A stretch of 64,000 nt of DNA from the human T2T-CHM13v2.0 reference genome, Homo sapiens: assembly GCF_009914755.1 (NCBI RefSeq), contig NC_060938.1; one strand, written 5' to 3'. Position numbers and translations under genes: made by a program. Position 1 is the first letter of the stretch; each line of letters starts with the position of its first letter. The notes under the pieces were generated by a model. The model saw only the letters and a program-made list of their open reading frames with translations, did not search any database and was not told the DNA's origin. Below are positions 41,287 through 54,893 of this stretch, in pieces.

Positions 41287-43387
41287 AGGACCACTGGACA
41301 GTGTAACGTATCTGGACAAAATTAAAAAATTCATAGCATCCATAGAAAAAGAGAAAGATTCTTTAGGCAACTTGAAAATCAAATGGGAGAATTTATCAAA
41401 CCACGTGACTGACATGGATAAGAAATTGTTGGAAAGCCAGATTAAGCAACTTGAACATGGTTGGGAACAAGTGGAACAGCAGATTCAAAAGAAGTATTCT
41501 CAGCAGGTAGTGGAATATGATGAATTTACAACCCTCATGAATAAGGTACAGGACACTGAGATTTCTCTGCAACAGCAGCAGCAACATCTACAGTTAAGGC
41601 TGAAGTCTCCAGAAGAACGGGCAGGGAACCAAAGCATGATTGCCTTGACCACTGACCTCCAGGCTACCAAGCATGGATTTTCTGTTTTAAAGGGGCAAGC
41701 TGAACTTCAGATGAAGAGGATTTGGGGAGAAAAAGAAAAGAAGAATTTGGAGGATGGAATAAATAACTTGAAGAAACAATGGGAAACATTGGAGCCATTA
41801 CACTTAGAAGCAGAAAATCAGATTAAGAAGTGTGACATAAGGAACAAGATGAAAGAGACTATCTTATGGGCCAAGAATTTGTTGGGTGAACTTAATCCCT
41901 CCATTCCCCTTCTCCCAGATGACATTCTTTCACAGATCAGAAAGTGCAAAGTGACACATGATGGCATTCTAGCTAGGCAGCAGTCTGTGGAATCGTTGGC
42001 TGAAGAGGTCAAAGATAAGGTTCCTAGCCTTACAACCTATGAGGGCGGTGATTTAAATAATACCCTAGAGGACTTACGGAATCAATACCAAATGCTGGTT
42101 TTAAAATCAACTCAAAGATCACAGCAATTAGAATTTAAGTTGGAAGAAAGAAGCAATTTTTTTGCTATAATAAGGAAGTTTCAACTTATGGTTCAAGAAA
42201 GTGAAACACTGATAATTCCCAGGGTGGAGACAGCTGCCACGGAAGCTGAACTAAAACATCACCATGTTACTTTGGAGGCATCTCAGAAGGAATTGCAAGA
42301 AATTGACAGTGGAATCTCAACACATCTTCAGGAGCTAACAAACATCTATGAGGAGCTGAATGTGTTTGAAAGATTATTTCTGGAAGATCAGTTGAAAAAT
42401 CTTAAGATTAGGACCAACAGAATACAAAGATTCATTCAGAATACATGTAATGAAGTGGAACACAAGATAAAGTTTTGCAGACAATTCCATGAAAAAACAT
42501 CAGCGCTTCAGGAGGAGGCTGACAGTATACAGCGCAATGAACTATTACTTAATCAAGAAGTAAATAAAGGTGTTAAAGAGGAGATCTATAATCTTAAAGA
42601 CAGACTCACCGCTATTAAGTGTTGCATCTTACAGGTATTGAAACTTAAAAAAGTGTTTGACTATATTGGACTAAACTGGGATTTTTCACAACTTGACCAA
42701 TTACAAACCCAAGTATTTGAAAAAGAAAAGGAACTTGAAGAAAAAATTAAGCAGTTGGACACATTTGAGGAAGAACATGGCAAATATCAGGCATTATTAA
42801 GTAAAATGAGAGCTATTGATTTGCAAATTAAGAAAATGACTGAAGTAGTACTAAAAGCTCCTGATAGCTCTCCGGAAAGCAGACGGCTCAATGCCCAAAT
42901 TTTAAGTCAGAGAATTGAGAAAGCCAAGTGTTTATGTGATGAGATAATAAAGAAATTAAATGAAAATAAGACCTTTGATGACTCATTCAAGGAGAAAGAA
43001 ATACTACAAATAAAGCTGAATGCAGAAGAAAGTGATAAGTTATACAAAGTTCTCCAAAACATGGTATTAGAACTCTCACCAAAAGAATTGGATGAAAAGA
43101 ATTGTCAGGACAAACTAGAAACTTCCTTACATGTTTTAAATCAGATAAAATCTCAATTACAGCAGCCATTACTTATAAATTTGGAAATTAAACATATTCA
43201 AAATGAAAAGGACAATTGTGAAGCATTTCAGGAGCAAGTTTGGGCAGAAATGTGTAGTATTAAAGCTGTGACTGCTATTGAGAAACAAAGAGAAGAAAAC
43301 TCTTCTGAAGCGAGTGATGTGGAGACAAAACTACGTGAGTTTGAAGATCTTCAGATGCAGCTTAACACAAGCATTGATTTGCGCACA
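41287..43387 (+). CDS. SYNE2: SYNE2 giant exon (~48), 2101 bp, phase 2/0, (V)GPLDSVTYL...SIDLRT
   Basis: Acceptor ttttctag|A, donor ACA|gtaagt; 700 uninterrupted codons of helical heptad/spectrin-like sequence (ORF 41372..43492). Confidence 0.97.
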
Positions 43388-43414
43388 GTAAGTTTTAAAA
43401 ATTATGCAGTTAGT

Positions 43415-43728
43415 GGCTGGGTGCGGGGGCTCACGCCTGTAATCCCAGCATTTTGGGAGGCCAAGGCTGGCGGATCACTTGAGGCCAAGTAGAGACCAGC
43501 CTGGCCAACATGGCAAAACTGCATGTATACTAAAAATACAAAAAAAAAATTAGCTGGGTATGGTGGCACATGGTTGTAATCCCGGCTACTCAGGAGGCTG
43601 AGGTACAAGAATCACTTGAACCAGGGTGGCGCAAGTTGTAATGAGTCAACATCCCGGCACTGCTCTCCAGCCTGGGTGACCAAGTGAGACTCTGTCTCAA
43701 AAAAATAAATAAGTAAAATAAAATAAAA
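43415..43728 (+). mobile_element. Alu inserted 27 bp after the giant-exon donor
   Basis: Sense dimer; degenerate TSD aaaattatgcagttagt / aaaattgggcagttagt. Confidence 0.92.
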
Positions 43729-44241
43729 TTGGGCAGTTAGTGCATCTATTTTTATTTTGTGATTTTCTGTTTTGCTAATGTCTGTAATTCCAAAGAAGCT
43801 ATAGGTTCTACATAGAAATTCTCTACAGAAAGATAGCCATTTTCAAAAATTACAGTGAACTGGTTTGTAATCGTGACTCATACTGCATCTACATGCAGTG
43901 CCTTCTAGTTTAGAAAAGGACAAATCTGACTCTTATTTCTGTTTTCCTCGTAGTCTCTGTTGAGCTCAGAACATTTTTAAAAATTTGTTTTCTGTTTTGT
44001 TTTTAGAGGTAGTAAGATATGATGGAAGAATTATGGTGTAGAGGGAAGAACACCAAATAATAACTAACATTTATGTAGAACTTACAGTGTTGGAGACACT
44101 GTGCTAAAAATTTCATGTTGAATTTTTATAGCAACTCTGTGAGATGAGTGCTATTATTAGCCCCGTTTAAAAATAAGGAAATTGAAGTTTAGAAACATGA
44201 AGATTTTTCTCAGAGTCCTGAGAACAGTAACAGAACCAGAG

Positions 44242-44400
44242 CAGGGAGCATCACATGCTCATGGTCCATGGGCCAAATCCTTCCCGCAGTGCCTGTTTTT
44301 TATAAATAAAGTTTTATTGGAATATAGCCATACCCATTTGTTTTTGTATTGACTGTATCTGTTTTCATGCTATAGCAGCAGAGTTGAGTAAGTTGTGATT
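44242..44400. mobile_element. MER58A-like fragment
   Basis: gggccaaatcc...tgtttt..taaataaagttttattggaa...gcagagttgagta. Confidence 0.7.
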
Positions 44401-45035
44401 ATTTCCTCACCTCTGTTGGAAAGTGACGCCAACACACTCCCTTCCCTTCCTTTTGATAGAGTGGATATCTTAGGCATCATTGAAATTCACGCTGTGCTGA
44501 ATGTAATGCCATACATAGTGTTTTCAGATTGATCACATTAAATTTTTAGAAGTGGAAGTTAACTCCCTTTTCTAATTCAAAGAGTTATTATGAGATACTA
44601 TATCTGGAATATTTTGATAGGTGTAAATGCTATGGCAATGTAAAGTATTATGAACCTATATTCCTTAAATAGTTTTGTAATAAATGAGTAATTTGAGTAT
44701 TTCTCCACTTGAATTTTAATACAGTTTCAGGAAACAATGTGCATAAATCCCAAAAATAATAGGATTAGAACTGAACTGGAAGGGACCTTTATTTATTTCA
44801 ACTATTTGTTATTTCAATGAGATGACTCAAGTCTGGAGACATTCATTCAATGATGTACCTAAACTAAAGTTAGTGCAGAGAAATTAGTTTAAAAACATAA
44901 AAGGTCTAGAGATTTTGTTTTCTTTTCATTTGTTCACAAATACTGATTAAGGTTATATACATTAAATGTAATCCATTGTTTTATTTAATTCGTAGTCTAG
45001 TACAAGAGTTCCAAAGCAGGAAGATACATTAATAG

Positions 45036-45397
<362 letters not shown>

Positions 45398-45499
45398 GGA
45401 AACAACTTTTTTAATACAATGTTATTTGCTTAAAAATAATAGTGTAATATTGTCAAACTGTAAAATGAGAATGCTAACTCTTATAAGACTCAGAGACAT

Positions 45500-45575
45500 G
45501 TATACATATGTAACAAACCTGCACATTGTGCACATGTACCCTAAAACTTAAAGTATAATAATAATAAAATAAAAA
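45500..45575 (+). mobile_element. Extremely 5'-truncated young L1PA (L1PA2/3-like) 3' end with A-rich tail
   Basis: GTATACATATGTAACAAACCTGCACATTGTGCACATGTACCCTAAAACTTAAAGTATAAT followed by a tail; perfect 15-bp TSD AAGACTCAGAGACAT at 45485-45499 and 45576-45590. Confidence 0.93.
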
Positions 45576-45678
45576 AAGACTCAGAGACATATTATCTATG
45601 TACCACGAAAACTTAAGAATGACAGGAATTCCAAAAGTTTGACAATTTTGTCACAGCATTTAATCTCCTATTCACTAG

Positions 45679-46001
45679 AATGTCTTGAATGATGCTTATG
45701 AAAATCTAACACGCTATAAAGAAGCAGTCACCAGGGCAGTGGAGAGCATCACTTCCCTCGAAGCCATCATTATACCCTACAGAGTAGATGTTGGTAATCC
45801 AGAAGAATCTTTAGAGATGCCTCTTCGAAAACAAGAGGAATTGGAATCCACAGTAGCACACATCCAGGACCTCACTGAGAAACTGGGAATGATATCCAGC
45901 CCCGAAGCCAAACTACAACTTCAGTATACTTTACAGGAACTAGTTTCTAAGAACTCAGCAATGAAGGAAGCTTTCAAAGCACAGGAAACTGAGGCAGAAA
46001 G
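45679..46001 (+). CDS. SYNE2: SYNE2 exon (~49), 323 bp, phase 0/2, NVLNDAYENL...ETEAE
   Basis: Acceptor ttcactag|AAT, donor AG|gtaggt; overlaps ORF 45685..46005. Confidence 0.95.
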
Positions 46002-46361
46002 GTAGGTCCTCTTCCAAAGGTAATCTTTAAGAACATAAAATATTGTTTCAAGATATAATTAACTATATTTTAATAGTTTTAAGAACATAAAATATAGGTT
46101 TTTTTCTCTATCATTAACACCTATGCATTAGAGATAATTTGGAAAATATGGTTAAGTAGAAAAAAATTACAATGTAAAGAAAACTCTGGTAAATATTGTA
46201 TTTCTTCTTTTTTTTTTTTCCTATTTAATATTGGGTACACACAACAGATTGTTTATAAAAGTATATGCATGGTATAAGTAATAATGATAAAACTAATATC
46301 TTTGTACCCAAAAGGACATCGAGTTCTCTTGTGTGCTCCTCCTCTCTCTTCTCAGAAATAA

Positions 46362-46633
<272 letters not shown>

Positions 46634-46712
46634 TGTTGTACTTTTACTATGTGTTTGTGTGTCCTGTTTTCACAATTTCAAACTAATACCTAGTGTGTGC
46701 ATTCTTCTGTTA

Positions 46713-49700
46713 TTTCTTTTTTTTAATTTTTAATTTTTGTGAGTTTATAGGTATATATATTTATGACATATATGGAATATTTTGATACGGGTAATCAGTG
46801 TAATAATTGCATCAGGGTAGATGAGATATTCATTTCAAACATTTATCTTTTGTGTTACAAACAATCCAACTGTACTCTTAGTTATTTTTAAATGTACAGT
46901 TAAATTATTATTGAACGTAGTCACTCTGTGGTGCTATCAATACTAGATCTTATTCATTCTTTCTATTATTTTGTACCCATTTACCATCTCCCTTCCACCT
47001 CCCCCACTACTCTTCCCAGTCTCTGGTAACCATCCTACTACTCTCTATGTTCATGAATTCAATTGTTTTGATGATTAGATCCCACCAATAAGTGGGAATA
47101 TGTGATGTTTGTCTTTCTGTGCCTGGCTTATTTCACTTAACATAATGACCTCCAGTTCCATTTATGTTGTTGCAAATGACAGGATTTCATTTTTTTTTAA
47201 TGGCTAAATAATACTCCTTTGTGTGTATATACCACATTTTCTTCATCCACTCATCTGTTGATGGACACTTGGCTTGCTTCCAAATCTTGACTATTGTGAA
47301 TAATACTTCAATAAACATGGGAGTGCAGCTATCTCTTCAATATACTGATTTCTTTTGGGTATATGCACAGCAGTGGGATTCCGGGATCATATGGTAGCTC
47401 TATTTTTAGTTTTTTTGAGGACCCTCCAAACAGTTCTCCATAGTGGTTGTACTAATTTGCATTACCACCAACAGCATATGAAGATGCTGTTTTCTCCACA
47501 TCCTTGCCAGCATTTATTATTGCCTGTCTTTTGGCTAAAAGCCATTTTAACTGGATGAGATGATGTCTCATTGTAGTTTTGATTTGCATTTCTCTGATGG
47601 TCAGTGATGCTGAACACCTCTTCATATCTGTTTGCCATTTGTATGTCTTCTTTTGAGAAATGTCTATTCAGATCTTTTGCCCATTTTTAATTGGATTATT
47701 AATTTTTTTCCTATAGAGTTATTTGAGCTCCCTATACATTCTGGTTATTAATCCCTTGTCAGATGGGTAGCTTGCAAATATTTTCTCTCATTCTGTGGGT
47801 TGTCTCTTCACTTTGTTGATTATTTCCTTTGCTGTGCAAAAGCTTTTTAACTTGATGCTATCCCATTTGTAAATTTTTACTTTGGTTGTCTGTGCCTATG
47901 GGGTATTATTACCAAAGAAATCTTTGCCCAGTCTGGTGTCCTAGAGAGTTTTCCCCAATGTTTTCTTTTAGTAGTTTCATAGGTCTTAGATTTAAATCTT
48001 TAATCCATTTTGATTTGAGTTTTGTATATGATGAGAGATAGGGGGTCTAGTTTCATTTTTCTGGATGAAGATATAGATAGATAATCCAGTTTTCCCGGAA
48101 CCGTTTATTGGTATCTTTCTATAGGTTTGGGAAGTTCTCTGTTATGATCTCTTTGAGTAAACTCTTTGAGTAAACTTTCGACCCATTATCTCTCCCTCTA
48201 CCTCCTCTTTAAGGCCAATAACTCTTTTTTTCTTTTTTGAGACAGAATCTCACTCTGTCACCCAAGCTGGAGTGCAGTGGCACAGTCTTGCTCACTGCAA
48301 CCTCCCAGGTTCAAGCAATTCTCTTGCCTCAGCCTCCCAGGTAACTGAGATTACAGGCACAAGCCACCACACTGGCTAATATTTTGTATTTTTTAGTAGA
48401 GACAGGGTTTCCCCATGTCGGCCAGGCTGGTCTCGAATTCCTGACCTCAAGTAATCCGCCCTCCTCTGCCACCCAAAGTGTTGGGATTACAAGTGTGAGC
48501 CACCACATCCAGCCTAATAACTCTTAGATTTACCTTTTTGAGGCTATTTTCTAGATTTTGTAGGCATGCTTTATTTTTTTCTATTCTTTTTTCTTTTATC
48601 TCCTCTGACTGTGTATTTTCAAATTGCTTGTCTTCAAGCTTAGTAATTCTTTCTTCTGCTTGATCAATTCTGCTGGTAAGAGACTCTGATGCATTCCTCA
48701 GTATGTCCATTGCAGTTTTCAACCCCAGCATTTCTACTTGATTCTTTCTAATTATTTCAATCACGTTGTTAAACGTATCTGATAGGATTTTTAATTCCTT
48801 CTCTGTTATCTTGAATTTCTTTGATTTTCCTCAAAACAGCTATTTTGAATTCTCTGTCTGAAAGGTCACATATTTCTCTCTCTGAAATTGGTTCCTGGTG
48901 ACTTATTTAGTTTGTTTGGTGAAGTCATGTTTTCATGGATGGTCTTGATGCTTGTGGATGTTTGTCAGTGTCTGGGCATTGAAGTGTCAGGTATTTATTT
49001 AAGTCACAATCTGGGATTGCTTGTACCTGTCCTTCTTGGGCAGGCTTTCCAGGTATTCTAAGAGACTTGAGTGTTGCGATCTAAGTTTTTGGTCGCGGTA
49101 GTCATATCTGCTTACAGGATACCCCAAGCCTAATAATGTTGTGGTTTTTGCAGAGTCATAGAGCTACCACCTTGGTGGTCTTGTATAAGATCTGGAGTAA
49201 TTCTCTGGATTAAGAGGCAGAGACTCTTGTTGTTTTCCCTCACTTTCTCCCAAACAAACAGAATCTCTGTGTTGAGCTGCCTAGAGCTGGGGTAGGGGTG
49301 ACACAAGCACCCTTGTGGCAACCACTACAGAGAGTGCACTGAATCAGACCTGAAGTCAGCACAGCATCAGCACTGGGCCTTGCCCAAGGCCCTCTGTAAA
49401 CAGTATCTGGCTATTGCCTACGTTTGCTCAAGGCCCTTGGGCTCTACAATCAACAGGAGATGAAGCCAGCCAGGCTTGTGTCCTTCCCTTAAGGGTGGCG
49501 AGTTGCCCCGCACCTAGGTGAGTTCAGATATGCTGTCTGGGAGCCATTGCCTAGAGTTGGAAACCTTAGGAATCTACCTGGTGCTGTGTGCTACTGTGGC
49601 TGAGCTGGCACCCAAACCACAAGACAGAGTCCTTCACATCTTGTCTCCCCTTTCCCCATGTCCACCACCACTACAGGCCCACAGAAAGTACTGCCAGGGT

Positions 49701-50948
49701 ACTACTCATGTTCACTAAAGGCTCAAGGGGTCTTCAGTCGGCTTGTGGTGAATGCTGCCAGGCCTGGGACTCACCATTCAGGACAGTGGGCTCGCTCCTC
49801 TGGCCCAGGGTGGGTCCAGAGATACTGTACAAGAGCTAATACCTAGACGCCAAGAGCTCACTTAGTACTCTTCCCCACTGTGGCTTAGCTGGTACCTAAG
49901 CTCAAGACAGTCTCCTTTACTCTTTCCTCTGCTTTCTGAAGCAGAAATGGCCTCTCCTGGTAGCCACCACAGCTGTGAATGTGCTGAGTCCCACCTGAAG
50001 CCAGCATGTCTCAGTCTCACCCAAGGCCCACAGTGTGTACTACCTGGTTGCCACTGTTGATTATTCAGGGCCCTAGGGCTCTTTAGTCAGCAGGCAATGA
50101 ATCCTGCCAGGGCTGGGTCCTTCCCTTCGAGGAAGTGGGTTCCCTTCTGGCCCAGGGTGTGTCTGGAAATGTCACCTAGGAGCTAGGGCCTGGAATGGGG
50201 GCCTCATGACTCTGCCCAGTACCCAGTCCTACTTAGCTGGTATCCAAGTTGCAAGGCAAATTCCTCTTTACTCTTCCCTCCCCTCTCCTCAAGTAGAAAG
50301 AAGGGGTCTCTTTTGGAACTGTGAGCTGTGGTTCATGAGGTTGGAGGAGGGGTAATTCCAAGGACTCCCTTAGCTGCCTTGGCTGGTGTCTCACTTGGTC
50401 ACATGCCCCAACAAGTCCACTGGCTCTGATTGTAGCACAGCACTAGGACTTACCTAGGAGTTGCAGTCTCTGTGGTCTCGACAACCTTTCAAGTTTATTT
50501 AGAACCCCAGAGTACTTTAGCCCAAGGTGGCGAGGCTTGCTGCAATTCTAGTTTCAACCACTGGGATGGGCAGTTGCCCTCTGGCTAGGGCTAGTCTAAA
50601 TGCTTCATGGGTGCTGGCTGAGTTTTGTCCTATGTTGGCAGCACTGCATTCCAATGCAAAGCTCCCCAGTTGCTGCGCTTTCCCTCCCCCATGTGCACGG
50701 ATTCTTTCTCCCTGCCATGCTGCTGCTGCTGGGGGATGGGTGAGGAGTGGCATCAGCAATTCAAGACTGCCTTTTTTATCCTCTTCCATGCCTCTTTCAG
50801 AGATATGAACTAAAAACTAGTTACTGTGATTGCTCTCGTAATTTTTGGTTTTTATGAAGTTGCTTTTGTATGGAGATAGGTGTCAAATTCGGTGTTCCTG
50901 TGGGGAGGATGATCAGTAGAGGCTTCTATTCAGCCATCTTGCTCCTCC
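46713..50948 (-). mobile_element. L1MA-type LINE-1 with both ends present and a large internal deletion; interrupted by an Alu
   Basis: L1 3' UTR and ORF2 end at 46713-48110; ORF1p coiled-coil peptide in ORF 48447..48764 (SRIDQAEERITKLED); 5' UTR whose 5' terminus reads GGAGGAGCAAGATGGCTGAATAG on the minus strand at ~50948. Confidence 0.85.
48225..48514 (-). mobile_element. AluS nested in L1 ORF1
   Basis: TSD AATAACTCTT on both sides. Confidence 0.9.
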
Positions 50949-52484
50949 TGCATACCTCACTTCATTTTTTCAAACCCATCATTATGACTCTGAGGTTTAT
51001 TCATGTTCTTAGTAAAATTTATTTACTTAGCTATTGATGGACATTTGGATTGCTCCCAGTTTTTGCATTCAGAAACAGTGCTACTTAGGAAAATTTTTAA
51101 GTGTAATAACTTCCCTTGGGTAAATATCTAGGAGTGTGATCATTCAGAACAAAAGGTTATGTACATCTTACATTTTTAATGCCAAATGATTTTGCCAATT
51201 TCCACTCAAACCAGCAGCATATAAGTATTCCAATTGTCCCATATCCTTGCCAACATTTGATATTGTGAGACTCAATTTTTGCCAATCTGATGAGTAAGAA
51301 GAGGTATTTCATCGTGGTTTTAATTTGCACTTCTGTTACTGCTAATTAGTTTGATCTCTTTTTTTGAATGCTTATTGGTCATTCATGTTTTCTCTTCTGT
51401 AAAATGCTTATTTAAGCCTTAACCCAATTTTATTGGTGGTTTTTTCTTACTGATTTCTAGGAATTCTATATTTTAGAGAGTGGTCCTTTATAGTTATATG
51501 TGTTACAAATATTCTTGCAGAGGGAGTTTTCTATTAGACACCCATCCTGGGATTGGCTCCCAGCTTTATGGTCTGTCCCCCACCTTTCAGTAGGAATCAA
51601 AGAAAATTGAAACTCAAGTGCCCTCAAGGCAAAAAACTGGTCCTACAACTTTGCCTATTTCTGTATATTTCCATTTTACAGTTTGACTCCCTAATTCCTT
51701 GTCAATTTATTCATGCGTTTTAAGAGTTGTTTTTTAAGAATAATTTGATATAGAGTTTTTAGTTACATTCAATGGGGGATTTAGGCTGTGTCTGTTTTTG
51801 TATGCATAATTTTAGTGTTTTAAAATATATATGCTATATATAAAATATCAAATATCCAGCTTTATTTTAAAATTTTATAACAGTTCTTTTCTTGATTGTA
51901 ACAAATACTTTCTAAAAGTAATGTAATTACTCTATAATATTGTATACGATGAATTGTTTTAATTTCTTAATCATACCTTTGTTAGATAAGGGTATTCCAA
52001 TGTGTGATGTTTTAATTAATAGTCTAGTGAGTAAAGATGTTTTACTGTGCAAAAGATTTAGGATAAGCTCTATATGTTTAGGATACAGTTCTTAAGGTAA
52101 ATTGCAGAAGCTGCATTAATGGGTCAAAGATGGGAATAGTTTTAAGACTAAGTGGTTTTCCACAAGAATTGTACCAATTTACAGCTCATCAGTGTGTTTG
52201 AGAATGCAGTTTTCATTTTACTGAAGTGAACTTTAAAAAAAAAAAATCTTCATTTTAGAGGACAGCCCTTGCTTCCTTTTCAAGTTTGCATTTAAACCCA
52301 TATGCAGGTCCCTTTGGGAATAAAAACTTCTTGGAAAACATTTTAAAATGCATTGCCTAGCAAAAACGAAAGTTGTCATATCTTTTCTTAAAAATTAAGT
52401 GTGGAATATTTATTCTGGGAAATTTTGAATTTATTGTGTTAAATAAAATTTAATACCACTTTTTTTCTAACTGTGACTCACTAG

Positions 52485-52629
52485 GTATCTTGAGAATTAC
52501 AAATGCTATAGAAAAATGGAAGAGGATATTTACACTAACCTCAGCAAAATGGAGACAGTTCTTGGACAGTCCATGTCCTCGTTGCCACTGTCTTACAGAG
52601 AAGCTTTAGAGCGCTTGGAACAGAGCAAG
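52485..52629 (+). CDS. SYNE2: SYNE2 exon (~50), 145 bp, phase 2/0, (R)YLENYKCYR...LEQSK
   Basis: Acceptor ctcactag|G, donor AAG|gtaata. Confidence 0.93.
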
Positions 52630-52799
52630 GTAATAGTATTGGCAATTAGCCAGTAAGTCTGTGTGCAAAAAATTGCAGAACAAACTGGCAGAGGCAGCAG
52701 AGAATGTGGTCCTGTTAAGACGCGTAGAAATCTTCACAGTGAGTTAAATATCCATGAATATTCCTCAAATCGAAAGCCAGAGAGTAATGTTTTATATAT

Positions 52800-53080
52800 A
52801 TTTGAGTCACAGTCTTGCCCAGGCTGGAGTGCAGTCATGCAGTCTTGGCTCACTGCAGCTTCTACCTCCTGGCTTCAAGTGATTTGATTCTCCTGCCTCG
52901 GCCTCCTGAGTAGCTGGGATTACAGTGCCCGCCACCATGCCCAGCTGATTTTTGTATTTTTAGTAGAGACGGGGTTTCACAATGTTGACCAGGCTGCTCT
53001 TGAACTCCTGACTTCAAGCCATCCTCCAGCCTCGGCCTTTCAAAGTGCTGGGATTATAGGCGCGAGCCACTGCGCCTGGC
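52800..53080 (-). mobile_element. AluS
   Basis: Antisense Alu. Confidence 0.88.
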
Positions 53081-53554
53081 CTTATGTAATATATTGAAGC
53101 TTAAAAAGCCAGAAGGAAGGAAATGAAGCAGTGGTACTGAGAGATTTAATTAATCAGGTTCACAGACAGTCATCCCCCAATAGCATCCTGTCCTCACTGA
53201 TGGCTTTTCTAAAGCATCACCTCTCATGTGACTTTGAGGGATACTGCTGGATCAGTGACAGAGCCTTGTTGTCCACTGATCGCTTACTGCAACTGTCATA
53301 AGCTCTGAATTCTGGTTACTTCTTAGACTGTTACAAAGCAATTTGAGCTTTTGCTTATTTTTATCTGTTAGAATCTGTGGTATTATGTTATTAGGATTTG
53401 GATGAGGACTTTCTAAATCATCTGTAGTTAACATTCCCCAAAAACAAAAGCGAACCAAGAAAAACCTTTCAATATTGTGTTGGTGGTTGATATAGGAAGT
53501 ATTGTGCAAAGGAACTACTTAGTAAAATGTGAGACTTAAAAATAACAAAATGTA

Positions 53555-54266
53555 CAGTAGTCCCCCTTTATCCACAGGGGATATGTTCCAAGACACCCAG
53601 TGGATGCTTGAGACTGTGAATAACACTGAACTCTATGTATATAATTTTTTTCCTGTTCACGCCTATGATAAAGTTTAATTTATAAATTAAAGTGCAGTCA
53701 GAGGTCAACAACAATAACAGAGAAATTATAACAATATGCTGTAATAAAAGTTGGGTGAATGTGGTCTCTTTCTCTCAAAATATGTCATTGTACTGTTTTC
53801 ACCCTTCTTGTAATGACATGAGACTATACAATGCCTGGGTGATGAAATGAAGTGAGGTGATGAAATGAAGTGAGGTAATGAAATGAAGTGATGAAATGAA
53901 ATGATATAGCCATGGTGAGGTAGCGTTGGGCTACTATTCATCTGGAGCACAAGCATTTGATACCACAACAGTTGATCTGATCACCAAGAAGGCTACCAAA
54001 TGACGCGTAGGTGGGGAACATATACAGCATGATGTGCTGGACAAAGGGAAGATTCGTATCCCAGGTGGGATGGAGAGAGATGGCTTGAGATTTCATCACA
54101 CTAGTCAGAATAGCACTTATATATTTATATACAAATAAAACATACATTTTATACAAATAAATCTTACACATTTTTTCCTTCTGGAATTTTTTAGTATTTT
54201 TGGACCGTTGTTAATCACAAGTAACTGAAACCTTGAAAGGAGAAACCCAGATAATGAGGGCTGTTG
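53555..54266 (+). mobile_element. MER44 (Tigger7-derived) DNA transposon, ~710 bp, with an internal 18-bp tandem repeat at ~53839-53905
   Basis: TA|CAGTAGTCCCCCTTTATCC ... GATAATGAGGGCTGTTG|TA: degenerate terminal inverted repeats with a TA TSD. Confidence 0.8.
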
Positions 54267-54276
54267 TACTTTTAGA

Positions 54277-54893
54277 TTTTTTTTTTTTTTTTTTTTTTTT
54301 AAATAAGACAGGGTCTTGTTCTGTCACCCAGGCTGGAGTACAATGGTGCAATCATGGCTTATCACAGCCTTGAGCTCCTGGCCTCAAGGGATCCTCCCAT
54401 CCCAGCCCGCTGAGTAGCTGGGGCTACAGGCATACACCACCATGCCTGGTTAATTTTTTAATTTTTTGTAGAGACAGGGTCTTGCTATGTTGCCTTGCTA
54501 TGTCTTGAATTCCTAGCCTCAAGCAATCCTCCTGCCTCAGTCTCCCAAAGTGCTGCATGAGCCACTGTGCCCAGCCACTTATAGACTTTTTTTTTTTTTT
54601 TTTATACGGAGTCTCACTCTGTTGCCCAGGCTGGAGTGCAGTGAGTGGCACAATTTCAGCTCACTGCAACCCTGCAACCTGTGCCTCCCAGGTTCAGTCA
54701 ATTCTCCTGCTTCAGCCTCCTGAGTAGCTGGGACTACAGGCGCATGCCACCACGCCCAGCTAAATTTTGTGTTTTTAATAGAGATAGGGTTTCAACATGT
54801 TGGCCAGGATGGTCTCGATCTCCTGATCTCATGATCCACCCACCTTGGCCTCCCAAAGTGCTGGGATCACAGGCATGAGCCACTGCGTCTGGC
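54277..54893 (-). mobile_element. Two tandem antisense Alus (AluJ 54277-54576; AluSc-like 54587-54893)
   Basis: Antisense Alu consensus with poly-T tails. Confidence 0.9.

Noticed and set aside
41372-43492. The 706-aa ORF as a stand-alone novel gene
   Set aside because: It is the giant SYNE2 exon. It starts at TTG inside the exon, has proper splice sites, and fits the phase of neighbouring exons.
48447-48764. Coiled-coil ORF on the minus strand
   Set aside because: A fragment of L1 ORF1p ending in an Alu; not a host gene.
53839-53905. 18-bp tandem repeat GTGATGAAATGAAGTGAG
   Set aside because: A small slippage expansion inside the MER44 fossil with no spacers or evidence of function.
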